A stretch of DNA of 60,000 nt, from NCBI RefSeq assembly GCF_036321535.1, contig NC_087447.1, forward strand, positions 45,758,001 to 45,818,000. The letters run 5' to 3'. Numbering within the stretch: position 1 is the first letter of the stretch; each line of letters begins with the position of its first letter. The position numbers and the translations under genes were made by a program. Positions 1 to 14,299 of this stretch are shown here, one piece after another. The notes under the pieces were generated by a model. The model was not told where the DNA came from. It did not search any database and saw only the letters and a program-made list of their open reading frames with translations. This stretch comes from Camelus dromedarius. Taxonomy: Eukaryota.

Positions 1-3000
1 GTCTTGGGAATAATACAGGAAGAAGACCCAATGGACATTGATTTAAGAAAAAAATTTTTATACACCTGAGTATAAAATTCTTGGTAAGAGAAGACAGAGA
101 ATGTTCAGTAATATTATATCACTTTTACCTCTAGCCAATCAACTTTAGTTTTATACTTATATATCTTCATTATATAGTGATACCTGACATTTTAGTCAAT
201 TTGAATAATAAACATATATAATAAGAAATAAAATATATATTTATAAAAATCACTAATAACTAAAGTGTTTTCCTCTATATTTGCATACATATATGCCTTT
301 AAAAGAATGGTGATTATATTTTTCTCTTTTTTTTACTCAGTATGTAATAGTGAAAGCTCTTGTCAAACTTTATTAATAGATATAATATATGCTCATTTAA
401 TCATCCCCCAATATTTTACAATTTTCCCAATATCTTACAATTGCCAGTAGTATATACATATATGATCCAAGTATGTAAATGTAATTTACAAATTTCTGTA
501 AGTTTATACTGTAAATTTTTGTTTATAAGAGGGGACATATTTATCTTATTACATTTACATCTGAGACATCAAACAAGATACCTGCCACTGAATGTATTCT
601 TTGTAAATTATGCATTTAATCAAGAACTTATAGTTAATGAAGAAGATATCTCTAGAAATTATGCGTATCTCTAGAAGTTGATGCATTGGGTGTTAGCTCA
701 AGTATGAAATATTTATTCTTAAAATGATTAGTCTAAACCAGTAATGGCAAATCCAATCCCTTTATCAATGGTGTGTTTAGAAATAGTCATAAACTAATTC
801 TGGCATTCAGTTCCAAAAGGAAGGCTTCACTACCCTTGTTGAGAGAAGTTTTTTAGCTCCTAAAAGGCTGTGGAGAAATTAAAACCTATAGATTTGGGCC
901 ATTAAAACAATCAACTATGGATCCTGCCTTTCTACTGGGTTTATTGTTATATGAAATAATAACATTCATTATACTGAAGTAAATTCATACTGTGACTTTC
1001 TTTTATTTGCAAAGTGAAGCATCCTAACCAGTATGATAATTATAGACATGTTTAAGACAATTATTATATAATATTAAAATCAATTGTCACAAATAATTTT
1101 CCAATTTTTATTCCACTTTGCACAATAAATTAATAAGTTAATTGGATTGGAAAGATGTGCTCTACTCACGGACTCACTATTTTTAGAATTCAGTCATTTA
1201 CTTGCATCTTCTCAATACAGTAATTATTTTTTCAGCCTTTTTCTGTACAATTTCTTTTTTGGCATGAAACTTACACTAATACATAAATTAAACATCAACT
1301 TTCTTATATTATACTATGACTAATAATAAGAGCATGAGTTGTTTCATTCTTTGATTTATTCAGCAGACATTTCTTGAGTAGCTTGTGAGTCACATTGTGA
1401 GTCACTTAATAGATAAGTAAGTGACATCAAATTCCTTAAAGTCTGGAAGGACAGAGGAAGATAGGCAGTCATTGCAAGTTATTATAATACTAAGCTGTAA
1501 GTGAGAGAACTATGAATAAATACAGTAAACAAAGAAGAGTAAGTACCTCTCTACTTTCAATGGTGTGAGGAAAATCGACCTAGAATTGCTGATATGTAGA
1601 AATTCACTCCCATGTGGACCAATGTTATTCTTTTCCTAAAATAAGATTTTATTTGAATGTTAGATTTGAAAAAATTAAAATGCAAATGCCAGAAAATTGT
1701 TGTGACATAAGTCTTTAGTGGATGGGGAATGGAGGGAAAGGTAATAAGTCTTATAAAGCAGGTTTGTCTGTATTGCAGAGTTTATTAGGGAATAGGCATA
1801 TCTCTATGAAATGAAGACCAAGAAGGAAGTTAAGCGTAATAGGAAAACTGAAGTTGGGAGAGATGTCTGGCATGGAGAATGTAGCAAAAGTACAAATATA
1901 TGCTGGTCACTGGAAATACTAAGTAAGACAGTAGCATTAAAGACAGAAATGAAAATACTTAAGAGACATTTATGAAATAAAATCAGCTGGTCTGGAAGAC
2001 TGAATGTGTCTGGTGATATAGGTACTTCAGAGTTATAGTTATCACATAGTTGATGCAAGAAATTAAGATATAGAAAGTCAAGAAGACCAACATGATTAAA
2101 ATTAAGAGAATATAAAGGAGGTGACAAAAGACTGTGGAGATATATTTTCTCACATTACATGTGGAGAAAGAGAAGAATAAATTATGTAATTAATCATTTC
2201 CAAATTATAAGTTTCTATTTTAAAGACTAAGAATGCTAAACATAAATATGTAAATATAAATATAATTTGTGATAGACTTAGGAAAAATGAACATTTTTCC
2301 AGTTTCCCTTAAGTAAGAACTTCAAGATAATCACAATGGTTTTATAAAATCTCAATAAATTTGTTGTGCTTTAATATTTTGTGTGTATATATATATATAA
2401 TGTGCATATATTATCTATATATATTATATTTGACACTTTTATTTAGTTGTGTCACTTCAACTTCAGGGTATTTTATGTGATGTTAAAATAAAAACTCATA
2501 AACATCTCTAATAGAAACTCTGTTGGCAAGGGTTTGAATAAATAACAAAACGTGGTAACACAAATAAGAATGATAATATTAATGGCTAATAATTATTTTG
2601 TGTGTTACTATAAACAACATTTAGGACACTATACTGATTGCTTTAGAAAAATTATATAATTAAGTCTTAATGCTTAACTTTAAAATAAAACTATATTTAT
2701 AAAATAATGAAATTGAGGATCATTGAAACATATATTAAAGACAGAATTAGGACGAAACTTAAAATTCTGTTTAACTGTTGAGATCATATGAGCAAAGACA
2801 GGGCAAAGGAAGCAACAATTAGGAAATCAGTCTAAAAATAAGGTAGAAAACAAATAGAACTAAGAAGGTAAAAGTAAGCAACCTTTTAGGCTGTAAGTGG
2901 TTCTTTATTTACATTTATGTCATAGTTTGTTCTATGAAACATAAATATACTTGTGACAAACTCTACACAAAAATTCTTAGTGAAGCTTTTTTCCTTACTT

Positions 3001-3539
3001 GCATTGCATGTACAAAATCAGTACTTAATCTATGACACAGTTTTGGATGTTAAAAATATTTATGATGAAATCACAAAATATATTATAGTCCTCATAATGG
3101 AATGAAAATGACTGATTTCTGAATACTGGGGAAAAAGGAAACAAAAGGAACGATAAGAGGGGTTGCAAAGTAAAGAGAGAGAAACAGAGTCAAATGGACA
3201 CAAAAAGGGAGTGAGAATCATCAAAAAAATCCACAGGAATGCTATAGGGTAGCTAGTGCACAAAAAAAATGTGTTACATTCTCTAAATTCTACTTCATAT
3301 CTACTTATACTAGTAATCAAAAAACACATATGAAGACTGTGATGGGCCATCACTTACCATATGAATTGGATAACAAAGCTTAGATTTTTACTCCCTGAAC
3401 TCACTAAAATAGTTACAGAAGGGAGCCAACATATGTAAAGATTTCTTTAATCACATTTAAATGTACATAATATAACAAGGTGTTTTTATGCTCAAAATTC
3501 CCATCTCATACATTTTAGGTGTGATTCCTTTTCAATCCC

Positions 3540-4470
3540 TTATTTTGGTAATAGTATGTTCTTCACACGATCATAGATCTGCTTGGTTCTGACTCCATAT
3601 ATGACAGGGTTGAGCATTGGTGGCACTACGACATAAAGATTGGCCAAAAGTATGTGAATATAGCGGGGGACATTTCAGCCAAAGCGATGTGTCATGAAGG
3701 AAAAGAGGGCTGGTGTGTAGAAGGCAAGGATTACACAAACATAGGAACCACATGTGCTAAGAGACTTGTGTCGGGCTTCACTGGAAGGAAGACGAAAAAC
3801 AGCATGGAGTATCTGAACATAAGAAATGGCAATGGCTATGATGTCAAACACCAGGATTGAAATAGCACCTAAGCCATAGATGATATTGATCTTGATGCTG
3901 GCACAAGACAGACGAGCAAGACCCATGTGTTCACAGTAGGTATGGGGGATGACTTGCTTCCCACAGAAGGGCAGTTGCAAAATGAGAAATATGAATGGAA
4001 TAACAGAAATAAATGATCTCATTAACACACCAAGACCGATCACAGAAACAACCTTGTTGGTGAGGATGGTGCTATATCGGAGTGGGTTGCAGATGGCCAC
4101 ATAGCGGTCATAAGCCATTGCCAAGAGGACTGCGGATTCCATACCAGTGAAGCTGTGAATGAAAAACATCTGGGTGAGGCAGGCTTCAAAGATGATCTCC
4201 CTGAGACCAAACCAGAAGATCCCAAGCATCTTAGGAATGGTGGCTGTGGAGAGACCCAAATCAATGGTAGCCAACATGGCCAGGAAGTAGAACATAGGCT
4301 GGTGTAGGCTGCGCTCAGCCTGGATCACAAGCAGGATGGTGAAGTTCCCTAGGAGTGCAATACACAGCACAAAAGGGAAAGCCAATCCAAATGTGGAGTG
4401 TTTCCAGTCCTGGGATTCCCAGCATCAAGAAGAACGAGGGATGAAACTGGGTATCATTGAGAATGGACAT
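3540..4470 (-). pseudogene. Class I olfactory receptor pseudogene, OR52E subfamily (close paralogue of the OR52E2-like gene at 31256)
   Basis: ATG at 4470 gives [38 protein letters not shown] 5-bp deletion at ~4361 (relative to the 31256 gene) shifts the frame. ORF 3675..4385 has [19 protein letters not shown] and HTYCEHM. Premature TGA at 3675-3677, then in-frame [44 protein letters not shown] to 3540. Likely splice acceptor (ttcttatttttccttag on -) at ~4561. Confidence 0.95.
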
Positions 4471-6509
4471 CCTGCTTGGTAATACATAAGTCTATGTTCC
4501 TTACATAAATCTGTTCACCAGTCTTCAGGCTACCAGGTAAAGCCCTGCAATGTTTTAAACCTAAGGAAAAATAAGAACACCTTAGAATTGTGTTCATTCT
4601 CTTCCTCAGTTAATTTACACAATTAGAAATTTAGTACATAAAGAGGAATGTGAAAAAGTGAATTCTCAATGAGAAAGCTTTGGAAGAAGTTACGCAGTAG
4701 ATTGTATTTTAAAATTCTGTAGAACATATTCATCTTCTTAGCACCTTTCTGTATTAATTTGCAATTGTTTCATCACTAGTATTATGCTAAGATTTTGCTT
4801 AAGTGCCTACTTTATGAATTATCTTCTCTTATCATCACCAACGTAATGTATTTTCAATTTTGACATAAATAGGGCTTTTTAAGTCTCTATAGTTATGTCT
4901 ATTGTTCCATTTGATTAGATGGTAACACACAGTTACTAATACATAAGATTTGTAATAAGGGTTCATGAACACCATATTCATTAAAATGTAATTTAAATTA
5001 TTAAAAATAAATCTAAAGGATTAAAATCAACCCAGTTGTTAATATTTATTCATTATTATTACAAGATAAGAAGTAAATGTAGTTATAACAGCAGCATCAA
5101 CTATGATTTATTAAGGTACTGAACCTGTGAAAATATCCTTAGTTTTTATAAACACATATAAGAGAACATTTTAACCCTATTTTTACATATGGATCTGAAC
5201 CTCAAATAGTTTAAAAGACTTGCAAAACGCTTGGAATGCTTATAGTTACAGAGCTATAGAAAGAAAATAGAGGAGAAAATAGTAAATTGAAATGGAAAGA
5301 GAATGGAAATAAGGAGAAGATAATTCATGCCTCACTCATGTCGTACATACACAGTTCCCTCTCCTCCAAACACATTCACACAAACATCTAATCTCTTTTA
5401 AACTTACATCCATCTGAATATGAGATATCAGTACCTTCATTATAAATCTAAGGCAATCATAATTGTAACAGTTTAGGATACATAGCAAATATGTTGAAGA
5501 AAAGACTAGATAGAAAGCAAGCTAAATCTATCATTTTCAAAATTACCTAAACTGTTCTTACATATTTTCTTGTATTTTACTCTGGCAATTGTTACATAAG
5601 TATTTTCAAAGAATTTGATCAGTCATTACTTGTATTTGTTTTGTAGTAAAAAGTGGTTTTTCATCATTTTGTATTATTGGAAGATGCCAGGAAAATAATG
5701 ATAATTATGATCACAGTTTTACTAAGACCATCAGGTATTATCTAGATATCCATATATGGGAAGCAAAGCCAAAAAGAGGGTGGAGCCCTTGATAAAAAGG
5801 CAATAGAAGGAGCAGAAAAGTATGTTTGAGGAAATGGGAAACTTCTAGGAGGAAATAGTAAACATTTGAAAAGAAGAGAAGCTAAAAATAATAGATACAG
5901 TTTGTAAGAGATACTCTGTGAACATTCTTTGAGAATAGTCTTTCTTCCAGAATGTTCTGGCCTCATAATGTTCTGGCCTTTTTAGAGTATCCACTCTTAA
6001 AAGGTGTTTTATGGACAACACAAAGAGTGAAATTAGGATTCAATTATAGAAGCAAAACTTTCTGTGATTTATTAACATAATTGCTAATTGCAGATCCTTT
6101 TATTAAGTAATTTTTTATATTCCTAAATAACATCTCTGAGGATTAGGAAGTAGTCTCAGGAAGTTATAAAAATAATGTTTTCCTTTTTCATTATACGTAT
6201 ATTCAGTAGATCCTTAGTAAACAAGAAAATTACATTAGCTAATAGGTAGAAAGCTCATCATTAAATTGAAAAATAAGCCAAATTTCTGGTTTGTTGTTAG
6301 AGGGAGAGATGTTATTATATTTTGTGTTTAAAAATTATCTCTTGACTCAGATAATTATGTCCTACAATGGGGCCTCAGTAGTTGGTTCAGTAGAGAGTCA
6401 GTGATATGATACCCAAGCAGAAAGACTTGTAAGACATATACAGAACAAGGAAATTTTGTACTTGTCTGTCTTAATGTCATTACCATTCAGTGAATTGACT
6501 AGATCAAAA

Positions 6510-6675
6510 ATCAAATTGTAACTATGTATGGTGATTATGGATGTTAACTAGACATTGTGGTGATCAGTTCACAATATGTACATTATGTTGTCCACTTGAA
6601 AGTAACATAACATTATATGTAAATTATATCTAAATTTTTAAAAATAGTTTTAAAAAGAAAAAAGAAAGAAAAAAT
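6510..6675 (+). mobile_element. Short L1 3' terminal fragment with A-rich tail
   Basis: Typical L1MA 3' end (gtaactatgtatggtga...ttgtggtgatcagttcacaat...aattatatc) followed by an A-rich tail. Confidence 0.65.
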
Positions 6676-7039
6676 CTGAATAGCAGCCTCCCCCTATTCA
6701 CACACACTAAAAAAAAAAACTAAGTTTACTTTTCCAGCATCTTTAAAAGCAGTGCATTTGTCTCCATCATAATGGGACTAGTTCAAGTCATCATGTTTTC
6801 TTGGATTTATTTACAACATATAAGTTTACAATACTTAAAGGCATGAGCTCTGCAGTCAGACTAATTATGTTGAAAGCCAGCTTCATGACATATTCACTCT
6901 GTAATCAAAGAAAAGTAAATAACAAGCATTTTTCCTCTATAAAAGAGATAATAAAGATAAAAATCCTAAATATCTTGCTAGTTTTAAACAGATTCTTTAA
7001 AAAAATACTTTGAACCATTTGAACATCTGAACCTATTCC

Positions 7040-7460
7040 AAAGAGAGTGATTTTTCTAAAATGCACACAAGATGGATTCAGGCTGAAATCCAAATATTTA
7101 TACTAGGATCATGTGGTCCTTTCTAAATGTGGTCTTATTTATTCTCTAAGTTTCAGTCTAGTCTTCTTCCCCCAGACTTACCCGATGTCTCTTTCCTTTC
7201 TCTTTCATTCCTCTTCCTTCCCTTTGTCCATCATTGTGTCCTATGGGTGCACTATGAACTGGGGGAAGGGAAGGCTCACCAGACTGAGCACCAGGATGAA
7301 ATCCTGTCTCTGCTTTGTCTCTACCTGCTCTGTCTTTATGAGGGCATTGCTCTTTGCCTGGGCAGAGCTTTCAATGGAAAATACCCCAGGGCCAATTTTT
7401 TGAAGGACAAAAGTTCTCTGAGGATTCTAGTGCTAACCTAGCTCTGAGTCAAAAGGAAAG
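7040..7460 (-). promoter_or_regulatory. Putative promoter and non-coding exon 1 of the OR52E pseudogene at 3540-4470
   Basis: Inverted homologue of 27950-28360. On the - strand: CATAAA box (7335-7340), O/E-like CCCCAGGG (~7384), donors GTGAGC (~7275-7280) and GTAAGT (7176-7181). About 2.8 kb upstream of the ATG. Confidence 0.7.
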
Positions 7461-7527
7461 AGCCATTAGGGAGCCCTGGCTTCTGAGAAAAAGGCGGCAA
7501 AAAAAAAAAAAAAAAAAAAAACAACCA

Positions 7528-7815
7528 GAGGTTTAGGTTTGGAAGATGACAGAATAGGAGGTCTTTGTACTCTTCCCTGGTGGAAGCACCCATTTAACAA
7601 CTGGAAATGGATGAAAATACCTTTATGAGAGTTCCAGAATCTAGATGCAAGGTTACAGGACCCTGGTGGAGCACAGAATAAGAAAAGAGATTAATAAGAA
7701 TAAGTAGAAAAATTTCATGTCACACACATCAGCCCTTCCCTAGCCGGCACTGCTCTGCACCAAAAGATTTCCTCAGCCCATGAGTTCTCCCATGGGGGGA
7801 CAAGAGAGCAAGCCT
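7528..7815 (+). mobile_element. L1 5' UTR fragment
   Basis: Starts ggaagatgacagaatagga, resembling the L1 5' end (aagatggcggagtagga); follows a poly-A run at ~7499-7521. Confidence 0.5.
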
Positions 7816-7877
7816 GCCCTTATACATGCCTGTGTACACATACGTATAATATGTATTCACGCACAGTGTCCAATCTT

Positions 7878-9820
7878 GTTTTTTTAATTGGAGTATAGTA
7901 GGTTTACAAAGTTGTGTTAATTTCTGGTGTACAGCATGGTGATTCAGTTATATATATTCGTTTTCATATTCTTTTTTTTTTATAGACTATTACAAGGTGT
8001 TGACTATAGTTCCCTGTGCTATACAGTAGGACTTTGTTGTTTATCTGTTTTATATATAGTAGTTAGTATCCGCAAATCCTGAAGTTCCAACTTATCCCTC
8101 CACCCTACTCTCCCTTTCCCATTTGGTAACCATGAGTTTGTTTTCTATGTCTGTGAGTCAATTTCTGTTTTATAAATACGTTCATTTGTCTCATTTTTTT
8201 AGATTCCACTATAAGTGATATTTTATGATATTTTTCTTTCTCTTTCTGGCTTACTTCATTTAGTATGACAATCTTCAGGTCCATTCATGTTGCTGCAAAT
8301 TGCATTATTTTATTTCTTTTTATGTCTGAGTAGTATTCCATTCTGTATATCTATACATACAGTACAACTTTTTTATCCGGTTATCTGTCAATGGACACTT
8401 AGGTTTCTTCCATGTCTTGGCTATTGTAGATAGTGCTGCTATGAACATTGGGGTGCATATGTCTTTTCAAATTAGAGTTTCCTCCAGACTCCAGATATAT
8501 GCCCCAGAGTGAGATTGCTGGATCATATGGTAAGTCTATTTTTAGTATTTTGAGAAAACCCCATACTGTTTTCCATGATGGCTGCACCAAACTACACTCC
8601 CACCAGCAGTGTAGGTGAGTTCCCTTTTCTCCACACCCTCTCCTGCATTTATTGTTCATGGACTTTTGAATGATGGCCATTCTGATTGGTGTAAGGTGAT
8701 CTCATTGTAGTTTTGATTTGAGTTTCTCTGATAATTAGTAGTATTGAACATTTTTTCATGTGCCATTGATACGTCTTCATTGGAGAATTGCTTGTGTAGG
8801 TCTTCTGCCCATTTTTTTGAGTTTTTGTTGTTGCTGTTGAGTTGTATCAGTTGTTTTGTATATGCTGGAGATTAAGCCCTTGTCAGTCTCATCATTTGAA
8901 AATATTTTATCCCATTCCATAGGTTATCTTTCTTTTTTGCTTATGATTTCCTTTGCTATGCAAAAGCTTATAAGTTTAATTAGGTCTCATTTGCTTATTT
9001 TTGCTTTTATTTCTATTGCCTGGCTAGACTACCCTAGGAGAAAATTGCTGCAATTTAAATCAGAAAATGTTTTGCCTATGTTTTCTTCTACGAGATTTAT
9101 AGTGTCTTGTCTTTAAGCCATTTTGAGTTTATATTTATATATGGTGTGAGGGAGTGTTCTAACTTCATTGATTTACATGCAACTGCCTGACTTTCCCAAC
9201 ACCACTTGCTGAAGAGGCTGTCTTTTCTCCACTGTATAATTCTGGCCTCTCTATTCTGTTCCATTGATCCATATGTTTGGTTTTGTGCCAATACCATGCT
9301 GTTTTGATTACTGTAGCTCTGTAGTTTTGTCTGAAGTCTGGGAAGGTTATTCCTCCAGCTTCATTCTTTTTATTCAGTATTGCTTTGGCAATTCTGGGTC
9401 TTTTGTGATTCCATATAAATTTTAGGATTATTTGTTCTAGTTCTGTGAGAAATGTCCTTGGATAATTTGATAGGGATTGCATTAACTCTGTAGATTGCTT
9501 TGGATAGTATTGCCTTTTTAACAATATTAATTCTTCCAATCCAAGAGCATGGAATATCTTTCTTTCTTTAAATCATCTTTAATTTCTTGATCAAAGTTTT
9601 ACAGTTCTCCTCATATAAATCTTTCACTTCCTTGATCAGGTTTATTCCTGTTTTATTTTTTGATACATTTTTAAAGGAATTTTTTTTTCACTTTCCTTTC
9701 CTGATATTTCATTGTTAGTGTAAAAAGAATGCAACAGATTACTGTATATTAATCTTGTGTCCTGCTACCTTGCTGAATTCTTTTATCAGCTCTAGTAGTT
9801 TTGTGTGGAATCTTTGGGTT
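7878..9820 (-). mobile_element. 5'-truncated LINE-1 (3' part of ORF2 plus 3' UTR), degenerate
   Basis: ORF fragments 9165..9539 ([46 protein letters not shown]) and 8399..8680 ([34 protein letters not shown]) are L1 ORF2 C-terminal motifs; T-rich tail at ~7878. Confidence 0.95.
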
Positions 9821-10229
9821 ATGGTATAAAATTTTGAAGTTTAATATGATTTAAGTATTTAAAATCACATGAATATAAAATTATGAAATAAAATTAAACC
9901 AAATATTAAGGTGACATTAAAATTGATTTTTTTTATGTTCTCTCAAATGAAAAATAAAAAGGTACTACTTAAAGCAAAGGGACTAGACACTATCTTTACT
10001 TTTTTATTCATACATATGATATTTTTAACAATGAACAATTCTCTCCCTCATAAAACAAACAAACAAAAAATGAACAATTCTGAGATTCAAGCAGTCCTGC
10101 TGAGAATCAGGCTCCAGATAGCTGGGGAAGACTCATCTTTCTTCCATCACCCCTTTCTTGGGTTTTCCTCTTATTAAGATATCAGCTCTTAAGTCTTAGA
10201 ACCTGAATTCTGAACTCAAATCTCTAACT

Positions 10230-10400
10230 CCCAAATGGTTTCTTTCCCTGACACTATGGAGACCATGCCCACTCAGTGCCCATGGGAGCCTCAGAAATTG
10301 CAGAACATGTCTATAACTGAGCTCATCTGGAAAAGCTGTAAGTCATGGAATGTCCCTCAGGTGAGATCCTCATCCCTACAGAAGCCCTGGTGAGATAAGG
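10230..10400 (+). promoter_or_regulatory. Putative promoter/non-coding first exon of the OR pseudogene at 14300
   Basis: O/E(EBF)-like TGCCCATGGGAG at 10277-10288, TATAA at 10312, donor-like GTAAGT (~10338), CAG|GTGAGA (10361) and CTG|GTGAGA (~10390); matching acceptor tttgtttgctttag at ~14256. Confidence 0.5.
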
Positions 10401-13400
10401 CAATGCAGTTGCTCTCATTTGTGTCCTGGGCTAGCTGGACCGCAGCCAGATGGAAGGTTTCAGGGCTCTAGTCAGAACAAACAGGCTCTGAAAACAGGCT
10501 CATATAAAAAGTTTCTTGGGGCATCTGAGCCCATTTGAGTTTGTGGCCCCTAAATAGACAGCCTCTGTTTTACTGTTATGAGTTGACTCACGCTACAACT
10601 TTCCTTGAGAATAAATTTGTGCATGGGCCCCTCTTCTTAGTTCAGTCCCTCAAAGGAAGGCTGATGAAACAAAGGATGGGAGTGCAGAGGCATCAGGCCT
10701 GTATTCTCAACAAGCCTTAGAAATCGGTGATACATGAGCAATTTTCCACGCTGTTCAAAGTCAACTTAAATGCATTATGTCATTTTACTTTTACGAAGCC
10801 CCGTGGAACACTTGCCTCCTAATGGTTAAGGTAAACTTTGTAAAGTTTTACAAAATTACAAACTTTGTAATTACACTTGTGTTCCAATTTCAGCTCCTTG
10901 AATTCATAGTAGAATAGCTTTGAGAAACTAAAATGAACATTGTTAGCTTTTTTTCATATCTGTGTTATATGTATGATTACCCCCCTAAAATGTCCCTTAT
11001 TGATCCAATAGAATAATGCCTGCAATGTAAAAAATACAGTATCTAATAGATGCTTGATTCATCTTAATTTATTTTATGTTTGTAAATAGATTAATAAGGA
11101 TGTAGAATTTAGCCCAAAGATGTTAGAGGTCATTTATTTTATTTCTCCTCAAAGGCAGACGTGAGTTTCTTTTCCTCCATTCCCTCTTTTTTTTTTTCCA
11201 TCCTGTAATCAGACAAGTTAAAAAATGCTGACAGAATTTAATTTTGTTGCAAACTAATCCCTGGATATATCTTAAATGTTTAGTATTATAAAATAAATAC
11301 TATAAATAGTATAAAATAGTATTAAAAACTTAATAGTATAAATAGTATAAACTGTCAATGCACTATAGTTTTTGGGGATTAGTATGGACTGTAATCAACT
11401 TATAGTGATTCTATTGGCTGCCTTAAATTTATATAGAAATTATTTACCAGAAAAATAATAATACTCCATTATCTTCTCCTTTTATCTTTTTCTTTATTCA
11501 CTCATTGGGACATCAAACAAATATATGAAAATACATGATCTCTGCCAAGTATGAATTTGTAATATAATAAAGGAGAAAGACGTACAGAAATAAAAATACA
11601 ATATGATGAGATAGAAGACATGTAAGTGCACATACCATAGGGACACTGAGGAAACATGTCAATGATGGCTCAAAGCAGCTAGAAAAATAATCTCAGAGGT
11701 GCTGATATGTGCATAGAGTCTCAAGTTCTAACTAAGTTGTTGAGGTTTTATGTGTGAAAAAATAACAGTCGAGCGCTGCGTCAGGGGTCACCACTTGCAT
11801 GAATTGAGTAAGTGATAAATTCTCTATGAGAGAGACATGAAGAGATATCTCAAGAGGTTAGAAAGAACCTCTTAATATTTTAAAAGGCATGAAAAGCCTC
11901 ATCTCATTTGTAATTTCTTGGTTTATATTTTTGTGATGAATACCATTGTAACTCTGCATTATTTATTTACTTACTTTAAACTATATAGGTAACATATTAA
12001 TATATAGAATGCACTGGCACTGTTAAAAAAGTTAAACCATAGTGATACAGCTAAATTACACTGTTTATATTCTTTCCACCTATCCCACATTTTAGACTGT
12101 TCCTAAATTGAGTCCTGTATTTCCTAAGTATATCCTTTAGATTGTTTCCTATGTTTATAAAATTCTTAGTATAGATCTGTTTTATATATATACACATACA
12201 TATACACTATATATGCTTTAATTTTTGCATGTGTATAGTGTTAGTGTCAAATTTCTGTTTCATTTTTCATTTGGATACTTTCTATGTCAGTTTATATACA
12301 TATATTGTATTCATTCTATGTGCTTCCAAGTACTCAAAAATATAAATATGCCACAGATTTTTTAACTTGATATTACTTTATAGATGCCACATTTTCAATG
12401 CTTCCATATTTCTCCTATTATAGGCAATTTTACAATGAGAATCACTGTATATACTTCCATGTGTACATGTGAACATTATTCCCTAGGATGACAAAGAGTT
12501 AAATTGATTAGCCAAAACTTTTGTTTTATAAGAATGACTACTATACAATTTTCTCTAAAAGTTGGGTCAACTTTTTCCTACCAGTTATGCATACTAGTTC
12601 CTCTTTAACCTAAACTTCACTAATGCTTGTTATCAAAAATCTTGATATTCTATTGGCTAAAAACATGAAGTGTGATTTGTATCATATTCATTTTAATTTT
12701 CAATTTCCTGATTGCAGTTAAAGATAATATCTATTTTAAGTGATTGGACATTTGCATTCACTTCAGTGTGAACTTTTTTGTACATACCTATCAACTGATT
12801 TTCTGCTGGGACAATATATTTAAACTGTTTAAAGGAAAGGAGAAATAGAAAGAGTAAAACTCAAAGTGAATGAGAAATATGAGAATGATGCTGGAAACAC
12901 AACTATAGATAAAAGGATTTATTTTCATTTGAGGATAAGAAAAGGATAAAAGACTTTCCAAAGCCAAAGCTCCTTGACTCACATATCCAGCTGTTCTCAT
13001 GCTCAAAGGAAAATATCCGTCTCTAGAGACTTGGAGGGTAAAATAGACAAAGTAAGCAAAATCTTTGACTACAAATCTTCAGCAAAGTAAAAGGCAAAAA
13101 CATGTATCACTATTATAAATCGATACTGATACCTAGTCTGCTAAATAAATATTCCAGTCTACTTAAGTGGATGCTGATTTGAGGGCTATTTTTCAGATCA
13201 ATAAGACTCCATAATCTACAAAGTATCTATATTAGAGGGTAGAGCAAAAGGAGTATCTCAGGAAGAGGGCTATTTAATTGTGTTTCTAAGAAGGAAAAGA
13301 AAACAAACTGTGTGTTAAGGAAGCAATATACCTTTCAAATATTGCTCTAAAAGAAGTCTTAAGAAATGGAACAAGTAGAATCAGCAGGTCACAGTATGGG

Positions 13401-14299
13401 TTGTGGGTAAGGATCGGCCAACATAGGAGAGGTACGCAGAGCAAAGGAAAGTTATAAAAGAAAGCTCTGATGAAACAGACTGCCTAAAGAGTGAACTTAA
13501 TCAAAAGCAAATCATAAAGTCATTTCACTAACTGAATAAATGTGAGAAAGTGAAGGAAGCTCAGAATACAGGTTATAATAATATCGTAATTCTTGCCCGC
13601 TAAGGTCCCAAGTAAACACAAATTCAGGGGCCAGTGGAGTCACGAGCAAAGCAATGAGCTGTTCATTTGCTGAAACACTATCATCAGGCCCACTGTTACC
13701 ATCCTAAATGAATTCTTTGTTGGGTCTGAATGAACCCCCTAAATGAACCCCATTCTGATCATTGCACAGTAATCAACATATCCTCCCCAAATTTGGTGTT
13801 TAAGTCTCAAAGCTGCCCTCTGTAACTTGGCATGTCTCAAAAATATTATAACTAAAATCTAAAAAAAAATCTATTTTCTTTTCAAAACCTTCTATCATCC
13901 CTCCCATTTCACTCTAGTTTGTATAATTGCACTTTTGTTACTAAGGCATCCAAAGAAATGATTCTTAGTTTTCTTCAGCTTTCAACTAATACCTGTTTCT
14001 TATAAATGGAAGATTTTTATTTTCATGTATTTAAACTCCAGTTTTTAGTATCTACATATTTTCCCTCACTTAGCATCTATAGAACAGCCACACTGAAAAT
14101 TACAACTCTGAAATATTTCACACTTAGGTGATGAAATTATTTCTGTCTAAATATTTACAGACATTGTTTTTATTCCATGGACTGCAATTCCCTATATTTT
14201 GGCTTACTTAGCTTACCAGGGGCTTCAAAATTTATGTTATTATTTGTTTGCTTTAGAGGAAAATTTATGAAAAGAAAACTGAAACATCTAATGCTGATT

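Noticed and set aside
4040..4264. Similar alternative-frame ORFs inside OR genes (also 31467..31691, 20055..20258, 40552..40752)
   Set aside because: By-products of nucleotide similarity between paralogous OR coding sequences; no evidence of separate function
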